Assembly: GCA_041651055.1 (NCBI GenBank)
Contig: JBAZJW010000001.1
Span: 691,702-755,701, forward strand
DNA from: Minisyncoccota bacterium
Lineage (GTDB): Bacteria; Patescibacteriota; Minisyncoccia; Phycocordibacterales; UBA5272
Direction of reading: 5' to 3'
Length of the DNA stretch: 64,000 nucleotides
Part shown: one piece after another, positions 29,583 to 38,905 of the stretch
Numbering within the stretch: position 1 is the stretch's first letter
Layout: each line of letters begins with the position of its first letter
Notes under the pieces: generated by a model
The model's database searches: none
What the model was told of the DNA's origin: nothing
Seen by the model: the letters and a program-made list of their open reading frames with translations, nothing else
Program-made: the position numbers and the translations under genes

Positions 29583-31748
29583 ATGCTTACAACCATCATC
29601 AAAAGAACAGGGGAAAAGGAAACTTTCGAGAAGGCAAAAATTACAAAAGCACTTACTAAAGCTGGTGCCGCAACTAAAGAATTTAATGATGAGCAGGCAA
29701 TTATATTAACGGAAAAAGTAATCGCATACCTCGAAGGAAAAGTTCATAATGGTATTGCTCAAATAGAACAAGTGCAAGATGCTGTTGAGCATGTCTTGAT
29801 GACATCTCGTTACAAAGCAACAGCTAAGGCCTATATTCTCTACCGTGAACAGCATGCTGAGATGCGGTCATTTGCTACGATGTCCTCACTTGGTTTGGTA
29901 GATAATTACTTGGACAAGCTCGATTGGCAAGTGAAGGAAAACAGTAACATGGGGTACTCATTACAAGGGCTCAACAATTATATTTTTTCTGAAGTAAGTA
30001 AAACATACTGGCTCAACAAAATTTATCCACAAGAAATTCGTACAGCGTATGAAAATGGCGACCTCCATATTCACGATCTTGGAACACTTTCGATTTATTG
30101 TGTTGGGTGGGATTTAACTGACTTGCTCACGGTTGGCTTTAAGGGTGTGTCTGACAAAATAGAATCAGCACCACCAAAACATTTTCGCACCGCACTCGGT
30201 CAAATTGTAAACTTCATGTACACCATGCAAGGTGAGGCTGCAGGAGCAATTGCATTTTCAAACTTCGATACATTGCTCGCACCGTTTATTCGCTATGACA
30301 AACTCTCTCAAGGAGAAGTGAAGCAGGCGATTCAGGAATTCGTCTTTAACATGAACGTACCGACACGTGTAGGATTCCAGACACCATTTTCAAATATCAC
30401 ACTTGATCTTACGCCGTCCGTAAACTTCAAAAACCTGCCCGCTATTATCGGAGGTAAACCACAAGCAGAAACGTATGGAGATTTTCAGGAAGAAATGGAC
30501 ATGTTCAACGAAGCTTTTTTCGCCGTCATGGCAGAAGGAGATTCGGCAGGACGAGTATTTTCATTCCCGATTCCAACCGTCAATATCACAAAAGATTTTA
30601 ATTGGGAAAACCCAAAGCTAAAAGGGTTATGGGAAATTACAGCGAAGTACGGTATTCCATACTTCAGTAATTTCGTGACATCGGATATGAAACCAGAAGA
30701 TACACGGTCCATGTGTTGTCGTCTTCGCCTTGATCTCGAAGAATTGGATCGTCGAGGAGGAGGACTCTTTGGAGCAAATGCGCTCACTGGCTCTGTGGGG
30801 GTTGTGACGATCAACTTGCCACGTATCGCGTACCTCGCGAAGTCAAAGCACGGGAGTTCTCTTGATGAAGCAAAGACGGCTTTTTATGAACGACTCGACG
30901 CACAAATGGATATCGCAAAAGAAAGTCTGGAAATCAAGAGAAAGTTACTCGAGAAATTAACCGATGCGAATCTCTACCCATACACAAAGTTTTATTTGAG
31001 AAATATTAAAAAATCATTTGGCCAGTATTGGACGAATCACTTTTCTACGATTGGACTTATCGGTATGAATGAAGTGACCCTAAACTTGTTCGGAGAAAAC
31101 ATCGGAAGCAAAGTAGGGCGACAGTTCGCAGGTGAAGTACTTGATCATATGCGCCACCGCTTGATCGGCTATCAGCACGAAACCGGGAATCTTTACAACC
31201 TCGAAGCTACCCCTGCCGAAGGAGTGACGTATCGTTTTGCTTCTCGTGATAAAAAAGTGTATCCGGATATTATTGTCGCCAATGAAGCAGAAACCAAAAA
31301 AGGAGCACAACCATTCTATACGAACTCATCACATTTACCAGTGAATTACACACAGGATATTGTTGAGACGCTTGATATTCAAGATGGTCTACAAACAAAG
31401 TACACAGGAGGAACGGTTATTCATCTTTTCTTGGGTGAACGTGTATCGGACTATCGAGCTGTTCCGAATCTTGTAAAGAAAATTTGTGAAAATTACAAAT
31501 TGCCATACTTTACGATTACGCCGACATTCAGTGTATGTTCTGCGCATGGCTATGTTGCTGGAGAACATTTCAAGTGCCCAACATGTAATACCAATTGTGA
31601 AGTGTATTCACGTATCGTCGGCTACTTGCGTCCAGTGAGTCAGTGGAATGAAGCCAAGCAAGCAGAATATGATATACGAGAAATGTATATACCAGAAAGT
31701 GTACCTGCTCATGCCGAAGCAATGAAGGTGCTACAAGCGAGCGCATAA
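29583..31748 (+). CDS. nrdD: Anaerobic ribonucleoside-triphosphate reductase (class III)
   Basis: N-terminal ATP-cone (IIKRTGEKETFEKAKI); C-terminal Cys4 site CPTCNTNC and glycyl-radical loop SRIVGYLRP. Confidence 0.9.
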   Translation: MLTTIIKRTGEKETFEKAKITKALTKAGAATKEFNDEQAIILTEKVIAYLEGKVHNGIAQIEQVQDAVEHVLMTSRYKATAKAYILYREQHAEMRSFATMSSLGLVDNYLDKLDWQVKENSNMGYSLQGLNNYIFSEVSKTYWLNKIYPQEIRTAYENGDLHIHDLGTLSIYCVGWDLTDLLTVGFKGVSDKIESAPPKHFRTALGQIVNFMYTMQGEAAGAIAFSNFDTLLAPFIRYDKLSQGEVKQAIQEFVFNMNVPTRVGFQTPFSNITLDLTPSVNFKNLPAIIGGKPQAETYGDFQEEMDMFNEAFFAVMAEGDSAGRVFSFPIPTVNITKDFNWENPKLKGLWEITAKYGIPYFSNFVTSDMKPEDTRSMCCRLRLDLEELDRRGGGLFGANALTGSVGVVTINLPRIAYLAKSKHGSSLDEAKTAFYERLDAQMDIAKESLEIKRKLLEKLTDANLYPYTKFYLRNIKKSFGQYWTNHFSTIGLIGMNEVTLNLFGENIGSKVGRQFAGEVLDHMRHRLIGYQHETGNLYNLEATPAEGVTYRFASRDKKVYPDIIVANEAETKKGAQPFYTNSSHLPVNYTQDIVETLDIQDGLQTKYTGGTVIHLFLGERVSDYRAVPNLVKKICENYKLPYFTITPTFSVCSAHGYVAGEHFKCPTCNTNCEVYSRIVGYLRPVSQWNEAKQAEYDIREMYIPESVPAHAEAMKVLQASA

Positions 31749-31749
31749 C

Positions 31750-32439
31750 ATGGAATTCGGAGGATTCGAAAAGTTCACCCTGATAGATTACCCGAGTAAG
31801 GTCGCGTGTATGGTCTATACTATCGGCTGTCCTTTTCGTTGTCCGTACTGTCACAACCCAGAGCTTGTCGACGAGACGTGTACAACACATATACCAGAAA
31901 AAGTTATTTTAGACTTTCTTGATGAGAGGAAAGGAATGCTCGATGGTGTTGTTATTACCGGCGGTGAGCCGAGTATGCATGGAGACTCACTTATTTCTTT
32001 TATGAAAGAGGCGAAGGCTCGTGGCTTCTTGGTGAAATTGGATTCCAATGGTGTTGACCCAGTCTTTTTACAAAAAGTGATTGATGATGGTCTGGTAGAT
32101 TATATTGCTATGGATATCAAATCTCCTTTGGCGAAATATACACAGACCGTAGCGCGTCCCGTAAACATTGAAGCGATCAAAAAAAGTATTGCTATCATAC
32201 AAAACAGTGGCATCGAGTACGAGTTCCGTACGACGATTGTGAAGTCTATGTTGTCCGTCGAAGACCTTGAGCAGATCGGCAAAGAAATTAAAGGTTCGAA
32301 AACGTACTACCTGCAAAAGTTCATTCCTTCCAAGATACTCAACCCACAGTTCCTTAAAAAGGTGACATACAGTGACGAAGAATTTGCAGATATCAAAACG
32401 ATGATGGAGCGTTATGTTTCGTTTTGTGGTATACGATAA
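31750..32439 (+). CDS. nrdG: Anaerobic RNR activating protein (radical SAM)
   Basis: CPFRCPYCHNPE CxxxCxxC cluster motif; follows nrdD by 2 nt. Confidence 0.85.
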   Translation: MEFGGFEKFTLIDYPSKVACMVYTIGCPFRCPYCHNPELVDETCTTHIPEKVILDFLDERKGMLDGVVITGGEPSMHGDSLISFMKEAKARGFLVKLDSNGVDPVFLQKVIDDGLVDYIAMDIKSPLAKYTQTVARPVNIEAIKKSIAIIQNSGIEYEFRTTIVKSMLSVEDLEQIGKEIKGSKTYYLQKFIPSKILNPQFLKKVTYSDEEFADIKTMMERYVSFCGIR

Positions 32440-32449
32440 TCATACTGCC

Positions 32450-33676
32450 ATGAAACATCTTACGCCCATATACTTTGACCACGCTGCGACGACACAAGTG
32501 GCACCGGAGGTTCTTGAGGCGATGCTTCCGTATTTTGGAAAGGAGTATGGGAACCCTTCGTCGATGTATGCGTCTGGCAGAAAGGCTCGTGCTGTCATGG
32601 AGCGCGAAAGGAAAAACATTGCCACGATATTGGGATCTGAGGCAGAAGAGATACTCTTTACAGGATCCGGCACTGAATCAGACAACATGGCAATTCTTGG
32701 AATTGCCCGCGCGAATAGGTCGTATGGCAATCATATTCTTGTTTCTTCTATTGAGCATAAAGCTGTTCTTGAAGCTGCAAAGCAATTATCCAAAGAAGGA
32801 TTTCTTATTGAATATATTCCGGTAAACAAAGAAGGATTGATTGATGTGGAGGATTGTATGGCGCGTATTACCGATGCAACCATTTTGATATCTGTCATGT
32901 ATGCCAATAATGAAATAGGAACGATACAACCGATTAAAGAACTGGGGAGGAGAATACAAGAAGTACGAAGTAGGAAGCAAGAAACTCCTAACGAAGAACG
33001 AAGAACGAAGAACGATGCCTGCCCTATCTTTCACACCGACGCCTGCCAGGCCGCTGGACACCTATCGCTTGACGTCCGCACACTCGGTGTTGATTGTATG
33101 ACCATAAACGGCTCCAAGATATATGGTCCGAAAGGTGTCGGTGTTTTGTATAAACGTAACAGTGTGCCTATCGAACCAATTATTTTTGGAGGAGGACAAG
33201 AACGAGCTCTTCGTAGTGGAACGGAGAATCTTCCGTCCATAGTGGGTATGTCGTACGCGCTTACTCGTGTAGAAAAAAGAAGAGAAGAAGAATCCAAAAG
33301 ACTGATCGCACTTCGTGACTATTGTATGAGCGAGCTTGTTTGTATTCTTCCTGATGTGGTGATAAATGGCAGCTGCACATCTCGTTTGCCGAATAATATT
33401 CATATCTCAGTGCCCTTTGTAGAAGGTGAGTCCATGGTGCTTATGTTAGATGAAGAAGGAATAGAAGCATCCACCGGGTCCGCCTGTTCGGCGAGCGACT
33501 TACAAGTGTCTCATGTTCTTACCGCCATCAATCAGGACACGTCGCTTATGCACGGCAGTCTTCGTTTTTCTTTTGGAGAGGCGACTACCAAGGAAGAGTG
33601 TGATTATCTTCTCACTGTGCTACCTGGTATTATTAAACGACTACGAAGCATGTCACCACTAACTATTTCTCTATGA
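32450..33676 (+). CDS. iscS: Cysteine desulfurase (IscS/NifS family) carrying an about 20-aa in-frame insertion
   Basis: PLP-lysine SSIEHKAVLE, INGSKIYGPKGVGVLY, catalytic Cys loop STGSACSAS. Start placed at MKHLTPIYFDHAATT, just after the nrdG stop. Confidence 0.8.
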   Translation: MKHLTPIYFDHAATTQVAPEVLEAMLPYFGKEYGNPSSMYASGRKARAVMERERKNIATILGSEAEEILFTGSGTESDNMAILGIARANRSYGNHILVSSIEHKAVLEAAKQLSKEGFLIEYIPVNKEGLIDVEDCMARITDATILISVMYANNEIGTIQPIKELGRRIQEVRSRKQETPNEERRTKNDACPIFHTDACQAAGHLSLDVRTLGVDCMTINGSKIYGPKGVGVLYKRNSVPIEPIIFGGGQERALRSGTENLPSIVGMSYALTRVEKRREEESKRLIALRDYCMSELVCILPDVVINGSCTSRLPNNIHISVPFVEGESMVLMLDEEGIEASTGSACSASDLQVSHVLTAINQDTSLMHGSLRFSFGEATTKEECDYLLTVLPGIIKRLRSMSPLTISL

Positions 33677-34110
33677 GTACACCATTCCAAGGCATGTGCG
33701 ATGTAGGAGATTGGATTTACACCGAAACGGTACGAGATCATTTTTTTCATCCGAGAAATATTTTGCTTGATGACAAAGAATATGTGGCAGACGGAATCGG
33801 TATTGCCGGTAGCCCATTGTGTGGAGATATGATGGCGGTGTGGATCAACGTAGATAACGAGAAGGGTGTCATCACGGAATGCAAGTGGCGCACCTTTGGG
33901 TGTGCTTCAGCAATAGCTTCGACGTCGATGATGTCAGTTATGGTGATGGAAAATGGAGGCATGACACTTGCCCGTGCAAAAAGAATTTCACCAGAAGCAA
34001 TTATCGAACGGCTAGGTGGACTTCCGGATAGGAAGTATCACTGCTCTGTGTTGGGGCATGAAGCTTTGCGCAAGGCTGTCGAGGACTATGAGTCGAACTT
34101 GCATACTTGA
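33673..34110 (+). CDS. iscU: Fe-S cluster assembly scaffold (IscU/NifU N-domain)
   Basis: Three conserved Cys (SPLCGD, FGCASA, HCS) in IscU spacing. Confidence 0.85.
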   Translation: MSTPFQGMCDVGDWIYTETVRDHFFHPRNILLDDKEYVADGIGIAGSPLCGDMMAVWINVDNEKGVITECKWRTFGCASAIASTSMMSVMVMENGGMTLARAKRISPEAIIERLGGLPDRKYHCSVLGHEALRKAVEDYESNLHT

Positions 34111-34223
34111 CGAGCTTCTTTGTTAAAGTCAAACTTTTATCGTTGCCGTACCAGTAAGTACGTCTTCTCAAAAAGTTTAACTTTGCCTCGAATCTCATTC
34201 AAGTCTTCAAGTCCTTAAAATAC

Positions 34224-34922
34224 ATGAATACAAATAATATATATAACGTCGAAGAGGTCATTCAAGAAACTTCAAATGTGTTTACTTTGAAGTTGTCGTG
34301 TGAGAGTGTCTTGCCCACATATAGAGCAGGACAATTTATTACGGTATTTTTTCCAGAGACAGGGCATGTTGAAGGAAAGAGTTATAGTATCTCAAGTGCG
34401 CCACATGAAAATCACGTACGTATCACCGTAAAAAGAATCGGAGAGTTTTCCAAGAGACTCACTTCAAAAAAAGTCGGTGACACAATAACGGCATCACTTC
34501 CATACGGCTACTTTTATTCTGAGTCAGAAACAAGTTCTCTGGTTATTATTACGGGTGGTATTGGCATCGCACCGTTTCGAAGTATGATTCTCGACTCACT
34601 AACAAAAAATCCACAGAGAAAAATTGTACTGTTGTATGCCAATAAAACTGTTGAGAGTATTATTTTCAAACAAGAGTTTGATGAGCTTGCAAAAAAACAT
34701 GAGGGAATTTTTACGGTACAGTATTACATCACACAAGAAACTGCTGGAGAAAACATGAAGCAGGGACGTATTCCTATTGAGCATGTTATCGAAGCATCTA
34801 AAAATCCCCCTGAAGCAGAATTTTTTATCTGTGGCTCTATTTCTTTTGTGCGCGGATATTGGAAAGGATTAAAAGATTCTGGTATTAAAGAAGAGACTAT
34901 ATATACTGAGGCTTTTTTCTAA
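34224..34922 (+). CDS. FAD/NAD(P)-binding oxidoreductase (ferredoxin-NADP reductase-like, PyrK/FNR fold)
   Basis: RAGQFITVFFPE..KSYSISS (FAD-binding) and GGIGIAPFRSM (NAD-binding) motifs. Confidence 0.7.
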   Translation: MNTNNIYNVEEVIQETSNVFTLKLSCESVLPTYRAGQFITVFFPETGHVEGKSYSISSAPHENHVRITVKRIGEFSKRLTSKKVGDTITASLPYGYFYSESETSSLVIITGGIGIAPFRSMILDSLTKNPQRKIVLLYANKTVESIIFKQEFDELAKKHEGIFTVQYYITQETAGENMKQGRIPIEHVIEASKNPPEAEFFICGSISFVRGYWKGLKDSGIKEETIYTEAFF

Positions 34923-34980
34923 AGTATTGTCGCGTTGAAGTGCTTCTCTATTTTTTGTATACTAGCCACATCGTCATCCT

Positions 34981-35286
34981 ATGAAATCTCCACTTCCCAA
35001 AGAAGCTTATCAAAAGAACGCTCTCATTTACAAAATTCTCGCAAATGAAAAAAGGTTAGAGATTTTGAATATTTTAAAGATCAAAGAATCTTCTGTTGAG
35101 GACTTGCTCGCAATTACGAAAATTTCTAAATCAAATTTGTCACAACACCTCGCACTTCTTCGTTTGAATGGTCTTGTTGTAGCCGATAAAAAAGGAATCA
35201 CGGTTTCGTACAGAATCGTTGATCCTCGTATCGTCGAGCCTTGCAAAATCTTGCATCAATTACGTGGCCGATCGCTCGTCGTCTAA
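34981..35286 (+). CDS. ArsR/SmtB-family transcriptional regulator
   Basis: wHTH: LANEKRLEILNIL...SVEDLLAITKISKSNLSQHLALLRLNGLV. Confidence 0.75.
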   Translation: MKSPLPKEAYQKNALIYKILANEKRLEILNILKIKESSVEDLLAITKISKSNLSQHLALLRLNGLVVADKKGITVSYRIVDPRIVEPCKILHQLRGRSLVV

Positions 35287-35308
35287 ATATGCCTAGTATA
35301 CTTATTGT

Positions 35309-36547
35309 ATGGTAAATTTAGAACAAGCATTACTTCATCCAGACAAAATTCTTTTTCTAGATATAGAGACTACAGGTCTCTCTAGGTATTATGATCAGGT
35401 TACTGTTATCGGGTACGATTTTGGCGGTAAATTTCATTATCATCTTCAAGGGGATGATCTTTCTCATTTTGAAAAGACATTATCAAAGGCATACGCAATT
35501 GTAACTTTTAATGGAACAATTTTCGATGTGAAATTCTTACAGCATCATTTCCCTCATTTAAAATTTCCAGAGCATCATATAGATTTGCGATACCTCATGC
35601 GTCGTGTTGGTTATGCAGGGGGTCAGAAACTCATTGAGGTTTTACTTGGAATGAAAAGAGCCGAGGACATCAAAGGGGTAACGGGATATGAAGCCGTCGT
35701 TTTGTGGCATGAATACCGGAGAGGAAATGAAGATTCATTGCGTAAATTACTTGCGTATAATCATGCAGATGTCCAGGGTATGAAATACATGCTTTCTTTT
35801 GCTCTTGATAAAACCAGTAATGTTCCAAAACTGATCTTTGAAAAGACAGAAAATCCAAGAATTAAAACACGCGCTGTTAAAACTGAAAAACCAAAACCAA
35901 AAGTATACGCAAAAGACTTGTGGAAAAAAATAAAAAAACCACATGGTCCGATTATCGGAATAGATTTAACGGGAAGTGAACTGCGCCCAAGTGGCTTCGC
36001 TATTCTTAATGGTTATACAGCAGAAACTAGACAATGCCTTACGGATAAAGAGATGATAAAACTATGCCGCGAAGCAAAGCCAATGCTTGTTTCAATAGAC
36101 TCACCACTCGGAATTCCAAAAGGAAGAAAGACTTGTTTTGATGATGATCCGACAAGGTATGAAATTGGAATAATGCGATGGGCTGAGAGGGAATTGAAAC
36201 GTCGTGGTGTAAATGTGTACCCATGTCTTATTCCGAGTATGCAAAGGCTCACTAATCGTGGAATGAAGCTTGCAAAAGCACTACGGAAACATGGTATCAA
36301 AGTTATTGAAAGTTATCCTGGTGCAGCACAGGATATCATGCAGATACCACGCAAACAGGCTGGACTGCCATATTTGAAAGATGGGCTGAGGGAATTTGGT
36401 ATTGATGGCTTTTATCACAAAAATATTGTTTCTCATGATGAGATTGACGCCATTACGTCTGCCATCGTTGGCCTTTTTTATTTAGCCGGTAATTATGAAG
36501 CACTCGGAAATGACGATGAAGAGTATTTAGTAATACCAAAAATTTAA
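35309..36547 (+). CDS. Fusion protein: N-terminal DEDDh 3'-5' exonuclease (YprB/MrfB-like) + C-terminal DUF429-like RNase-H-fold domain
   Basis: Exo I LFLDIETTGL, Exo II FNGTIFDVKFL, Exo III YNHADVQGM; C-half GIDLTGSELRPSGFAIL resembles predicted RNase-H-like nucleases. Confidence 0.55.
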   Translation: MVNLEQALLHPDKILFLDIETTGLSRYYDQVTVIGYDFGGKFHYHLQGDDLSHFEKTLSKAYAIVTFNGTIFDVKFLQHHFPHLKFPEHHIDLRYLMRRVGYAGGQKLIEVLLGMKRAEDIKGVTGYEAVVLWHEYRRGNEDSLRKLLAYNHADVQGMKYMLSFALDKTSNVPKLIFEKTENPRIKTRAVKTEKPKPKVYAKDLWKKIKKPHGPIIGIDLTGSELRPSGFAILNGYTAETRQCLTDKEMIKLCREAKPMLVSIDSPLGIPKGRKTCFDDDPTRYEIGIMRWAERELKRRGVNVYPCLIPSMQRLTNRGMKLAKALRKHGIKVIESYPGAAQDIMQIPRKQAGLPYLKDGLREFGIDGFYHKNIVSHDEIDAITSAIVGLFYLAGNYEALGNDDEEYLVIPKI

Positions 36548-36552
36548 TTTTT

Positions 36553-37188
36553 ATGTCCCATCCGTATTGCACATACGTCGCAGCTATTACTGATGAGAGT
36601 GATGTCGACAAAATATATCATGACAATCACTACGGTGTACGAATAGACAGTGACAATGAGCTCTTTTGTCGTCTAGTGATGGAAATCAATCAAGCCGGGC
36701 TTTCGTGGCATACTATTCTTGTAAAAGAGAAACATTTTAGAAAGGCATATAGTAATTTTGATATTACAAAAGTCGCACGATATGGTGAGGAAGATTTCGG
36801 GCGGCTAATGAGTGATGCTGGAATTATTCGAAATCGTTTGAAAATACATGCGGCGATACATAACGCGAAGCAATTGCTCGCCATTCAAAAAGAGTTTGGA
36901 AGTTTTAGGAACTGGCTTGATGTACAAAAGAAGGAAATTGAATTAGGTATCTTTGTCATTCCCGCGAAGGCGGGAATCCAGTGTCTTGAATCTATGAATA
37001 CTAACCTGGATTCCCGCCTTCGCGGGAATGACAATACGGAAACAAAAAATGAAATCAAAAAACTTTGGCTCAAACTTTTTAAAAAGAATTTTAAATTCGT
37101 CGGTGGAGAAATAGTCGGAGAATTTTTGATGAGTATAGACATGCTTCCTGGGTCACACGATAAGAATTGTGAAGTCAGTAAGCAGTAA
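36553..37188 (+). CDS. tag: DNA-3-methyladenine glycosylase I, with an 82-84-bp palindromic in-frame insertion
   Basis: Tag motifs YHDNHYGVRIDSDNELFCRLVMEINQAGLSWHTIL and C-terminal FVGGEIVGEFLMSIDMLPGSHDKNCEV; 211 aa versus about 187 typical. Confidence 0.8.
   Translation: MSHPYCTYVAAITDESDVDKIYHDNHYGVRIDSDNELFCRLVMEINQAGLSWHTILVKEKHFRKAYSNFDITKVARYGEEDFGRLMSDAGIIRNRLKIHAAIHNAKQLLAIQKEFGSFRNWLDVQKKEIELGIFVIPAKAGIQCLESMNTNLDSRLRGNDNTETKNEIKKLWLKLFKKNFKFVGGEIVGEFLMSIDMLPGSHDKNCEVSKQ
36953..37034. repeat. Perfect 29-bp inverted repeat pair separated by 24 bp, GC-rich, inserted in frame inside tag
   Basis: ttgtcattcccgcgaaggcgggaatccag ... ctggattcccgccttcgcgggaatgacaa (exact reverse complements); each arm also self-folds (attcccgc-gaag-gcgggaat). 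Confidence 0.85.
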
Positions 37189-37223
37189 AAACGAAGAAAG
37201 TAATTTGTGGTAGTATTAAGGTA

Positions 37224-38123
37224 ATGGAGAAAAAGATGTTCAAAAACATAGAAGCAAAAGAGATTAGAAATCTAGATTCTTACTTGCCTCAGTCTGAAAA
37301 AGAATGGCTTGAGAGTGGCACATTTACTATTGAAAATGTTGCTATTGGAGAAAAAAGTATTAGATGTGCTTTTGCAGAGGGGTCTGAGGGGAATAGCTTG
37401 GTGACCATGGTTGGAGGAATTCCTCGAGACCCGGAACGTAGAAAGAATTTACCGCTTATTAATAAACTTTATGGTCATCTTGCTATTAAATTAGCAGCCG
37501 TTAGAGAGTCGTCAGTAATGTATAATCAGCCAGCCACTGGAGGTTCTGGAGGAGATTGGGATAAGGAAACACTTCAAACAAGAGCTCGTGTTCTCGCAGG
37601 AGTCTCTGAGCATTTTTGTGAAAAAGTAAAACCAAAACAAGTTGCAATAGTAGGTACAAGTGCAGGTGCTTATATGGCGGCAAAATCTATTTTAGAATTA
37701 CAGGAATCGGGTATTAATGTTTCTAAATTAGTATTATTATCTCCAGCAGCATACCCCGAATCAATTGATGATATTCCTTATGGGGAAAAATTTTCAGAAA
37801 TTGTCCGCACCCCTTGGAATGTTAGTGATTCTCCCATATTTTCAATTTTACAAAGATTTACTGAATCTGGTGGAAGTGTTTTGATTAGTTTTTTTGAAGA
37901 TGACGACCCTCCAATTCCAAAACAAATTCAAGAATATTATAGAAATTTTGTTAAAGAGCTCTCTGATGCTGGTGGAAAAATAAAAATTATTACAATTCCC
38001 GGAGTTGCTCATAATTTTAGAAGAATCGGTAGTCAGGAAAGTAAAAATGTTGTAGATAATGATAGTGTTCGTTCGGCTGCAGGAATATTTTTTTCTTTTT
38101 TATCTCAAGAGCATAATGAATAA
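37224..38123 (+). CDS. Alpha/beta hydrolase-fold protein
   Basis: GTSAGAY nucleophile elbow (GxSxG), 299 aa. Confidence 0.6.
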   Translation: MEKKMFKNIEAKEIRNLDSYLPQSEKEWLESGTFTIENVAIGEKSIRCAFAEGSEGNSLVTMVGGIPRDPERRKNLPLINKLYGHLAIKLAAVRESSVMYNQPATGGSGGDWDKETLQTRARVLAGVSEHFCEKVKPKQVAIVGTSAGAYMAAKSILELQESGINVSKLVLLSPAAYPESIDDIPYGEKFSEIVRTPWNVSDSPIFSILQRFTESGGSVLISFFEDDDPPIPKQIQEYYRNFVKELSDAGGKIKIITIPGVAHNFRRIGSQESKNVVDNDSVRSAAGIFFSFLSQEHNE

Positions 38124-38814
38124 ACACATACATACGATAAAGATTGGAGGATATCAAGTCCGGGGTGATTATATTTCTAATACAAATATAGCATCAGTTC
38201 TTTTTTTGCACGGCGGAGGATTACGAGGAAGGGCCGGCTTTAATGCTTTGAGAGAGACTTTAGCAAAAAGAGATATCGCTTCAGTTGCTTTTGATTTTAA
38301 AGGACACGGAGAGACAGGTGGAGAATTATCAGAAACCTCATTAGAGGATAAAGTTAAACAGGTTGTTACTATTTTAGATTCAGACATCTTGCAAAAACCA
38401 ATAACACTTATAGCCTCAAGTATGGGTGGGTACATTGCTATCAAAATAACAGAATTATTGCCCATTGAGAATCTTATTCTTATTGCACCTGCTGTCTATG
38501 ATAGAAATGCGTACAGACTTCCTTTTGGTGAAGAATTTTCTTCTGTAATTCGTAAGCCGTATAGTTGGATTAATAGTGATGCCTGGGGAATTATTAATAA
38601 GTACCAAGGTAATCTTTTAATACTCAAGGCAGAAAATGACCAAGTAATCCCAAAAGGTCTTGTGGAGAAAATATACGACTCGGCAGCTAATGTTGGAAAA
38701 AGAAAAATTGTTACTATAAAAAATGCAATGCACCCACTTACTGATTGGTTGAGTAAGTATCCGAATGATTTAGAATTAGCACTTCATGAAATACTAGAGT
38801 TTATTAAAAAGTAA
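38116..38814 (+). CDS. Alpha/beta hydrolase-fold protein (second, adjacent)
   Basis: LIASSMGGYIAI elbow-like motif. Start at ATG 38116 overlaps the upstream stop (ATGAATAA); the ORF-track start at 38059 would overlap 60 nt. Confidence 0.55.
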   Translation: MNKHIHTIKIGGYQVRGDYISNTNIASVLFLHGGGLRGRAGFNALRETLAKRDIASVAFDFKGHGETGGELSETSLEDKVKQVVTILDSDILQKPITLIASSMGGYIAIKITELLPIENLILIAPAVYDRNAYRLPFGEEFSSVIRKPYSWINSDAWGIINKYQGNLLILKAENDQVIPKGLVEKIYDSAANVGKRKIVTIKNAMHPLTDWLSKYPNDLELALHEILEFIKK

Positions 38815-38905
38815 GATATATAAAAGCAAAAAAAGAAAGTAATCAACGTCATTGTATCTTTTTGCGCAGATCTGCGATTCTTAATTTTTATGCTAAAATG
38901 AAAAA

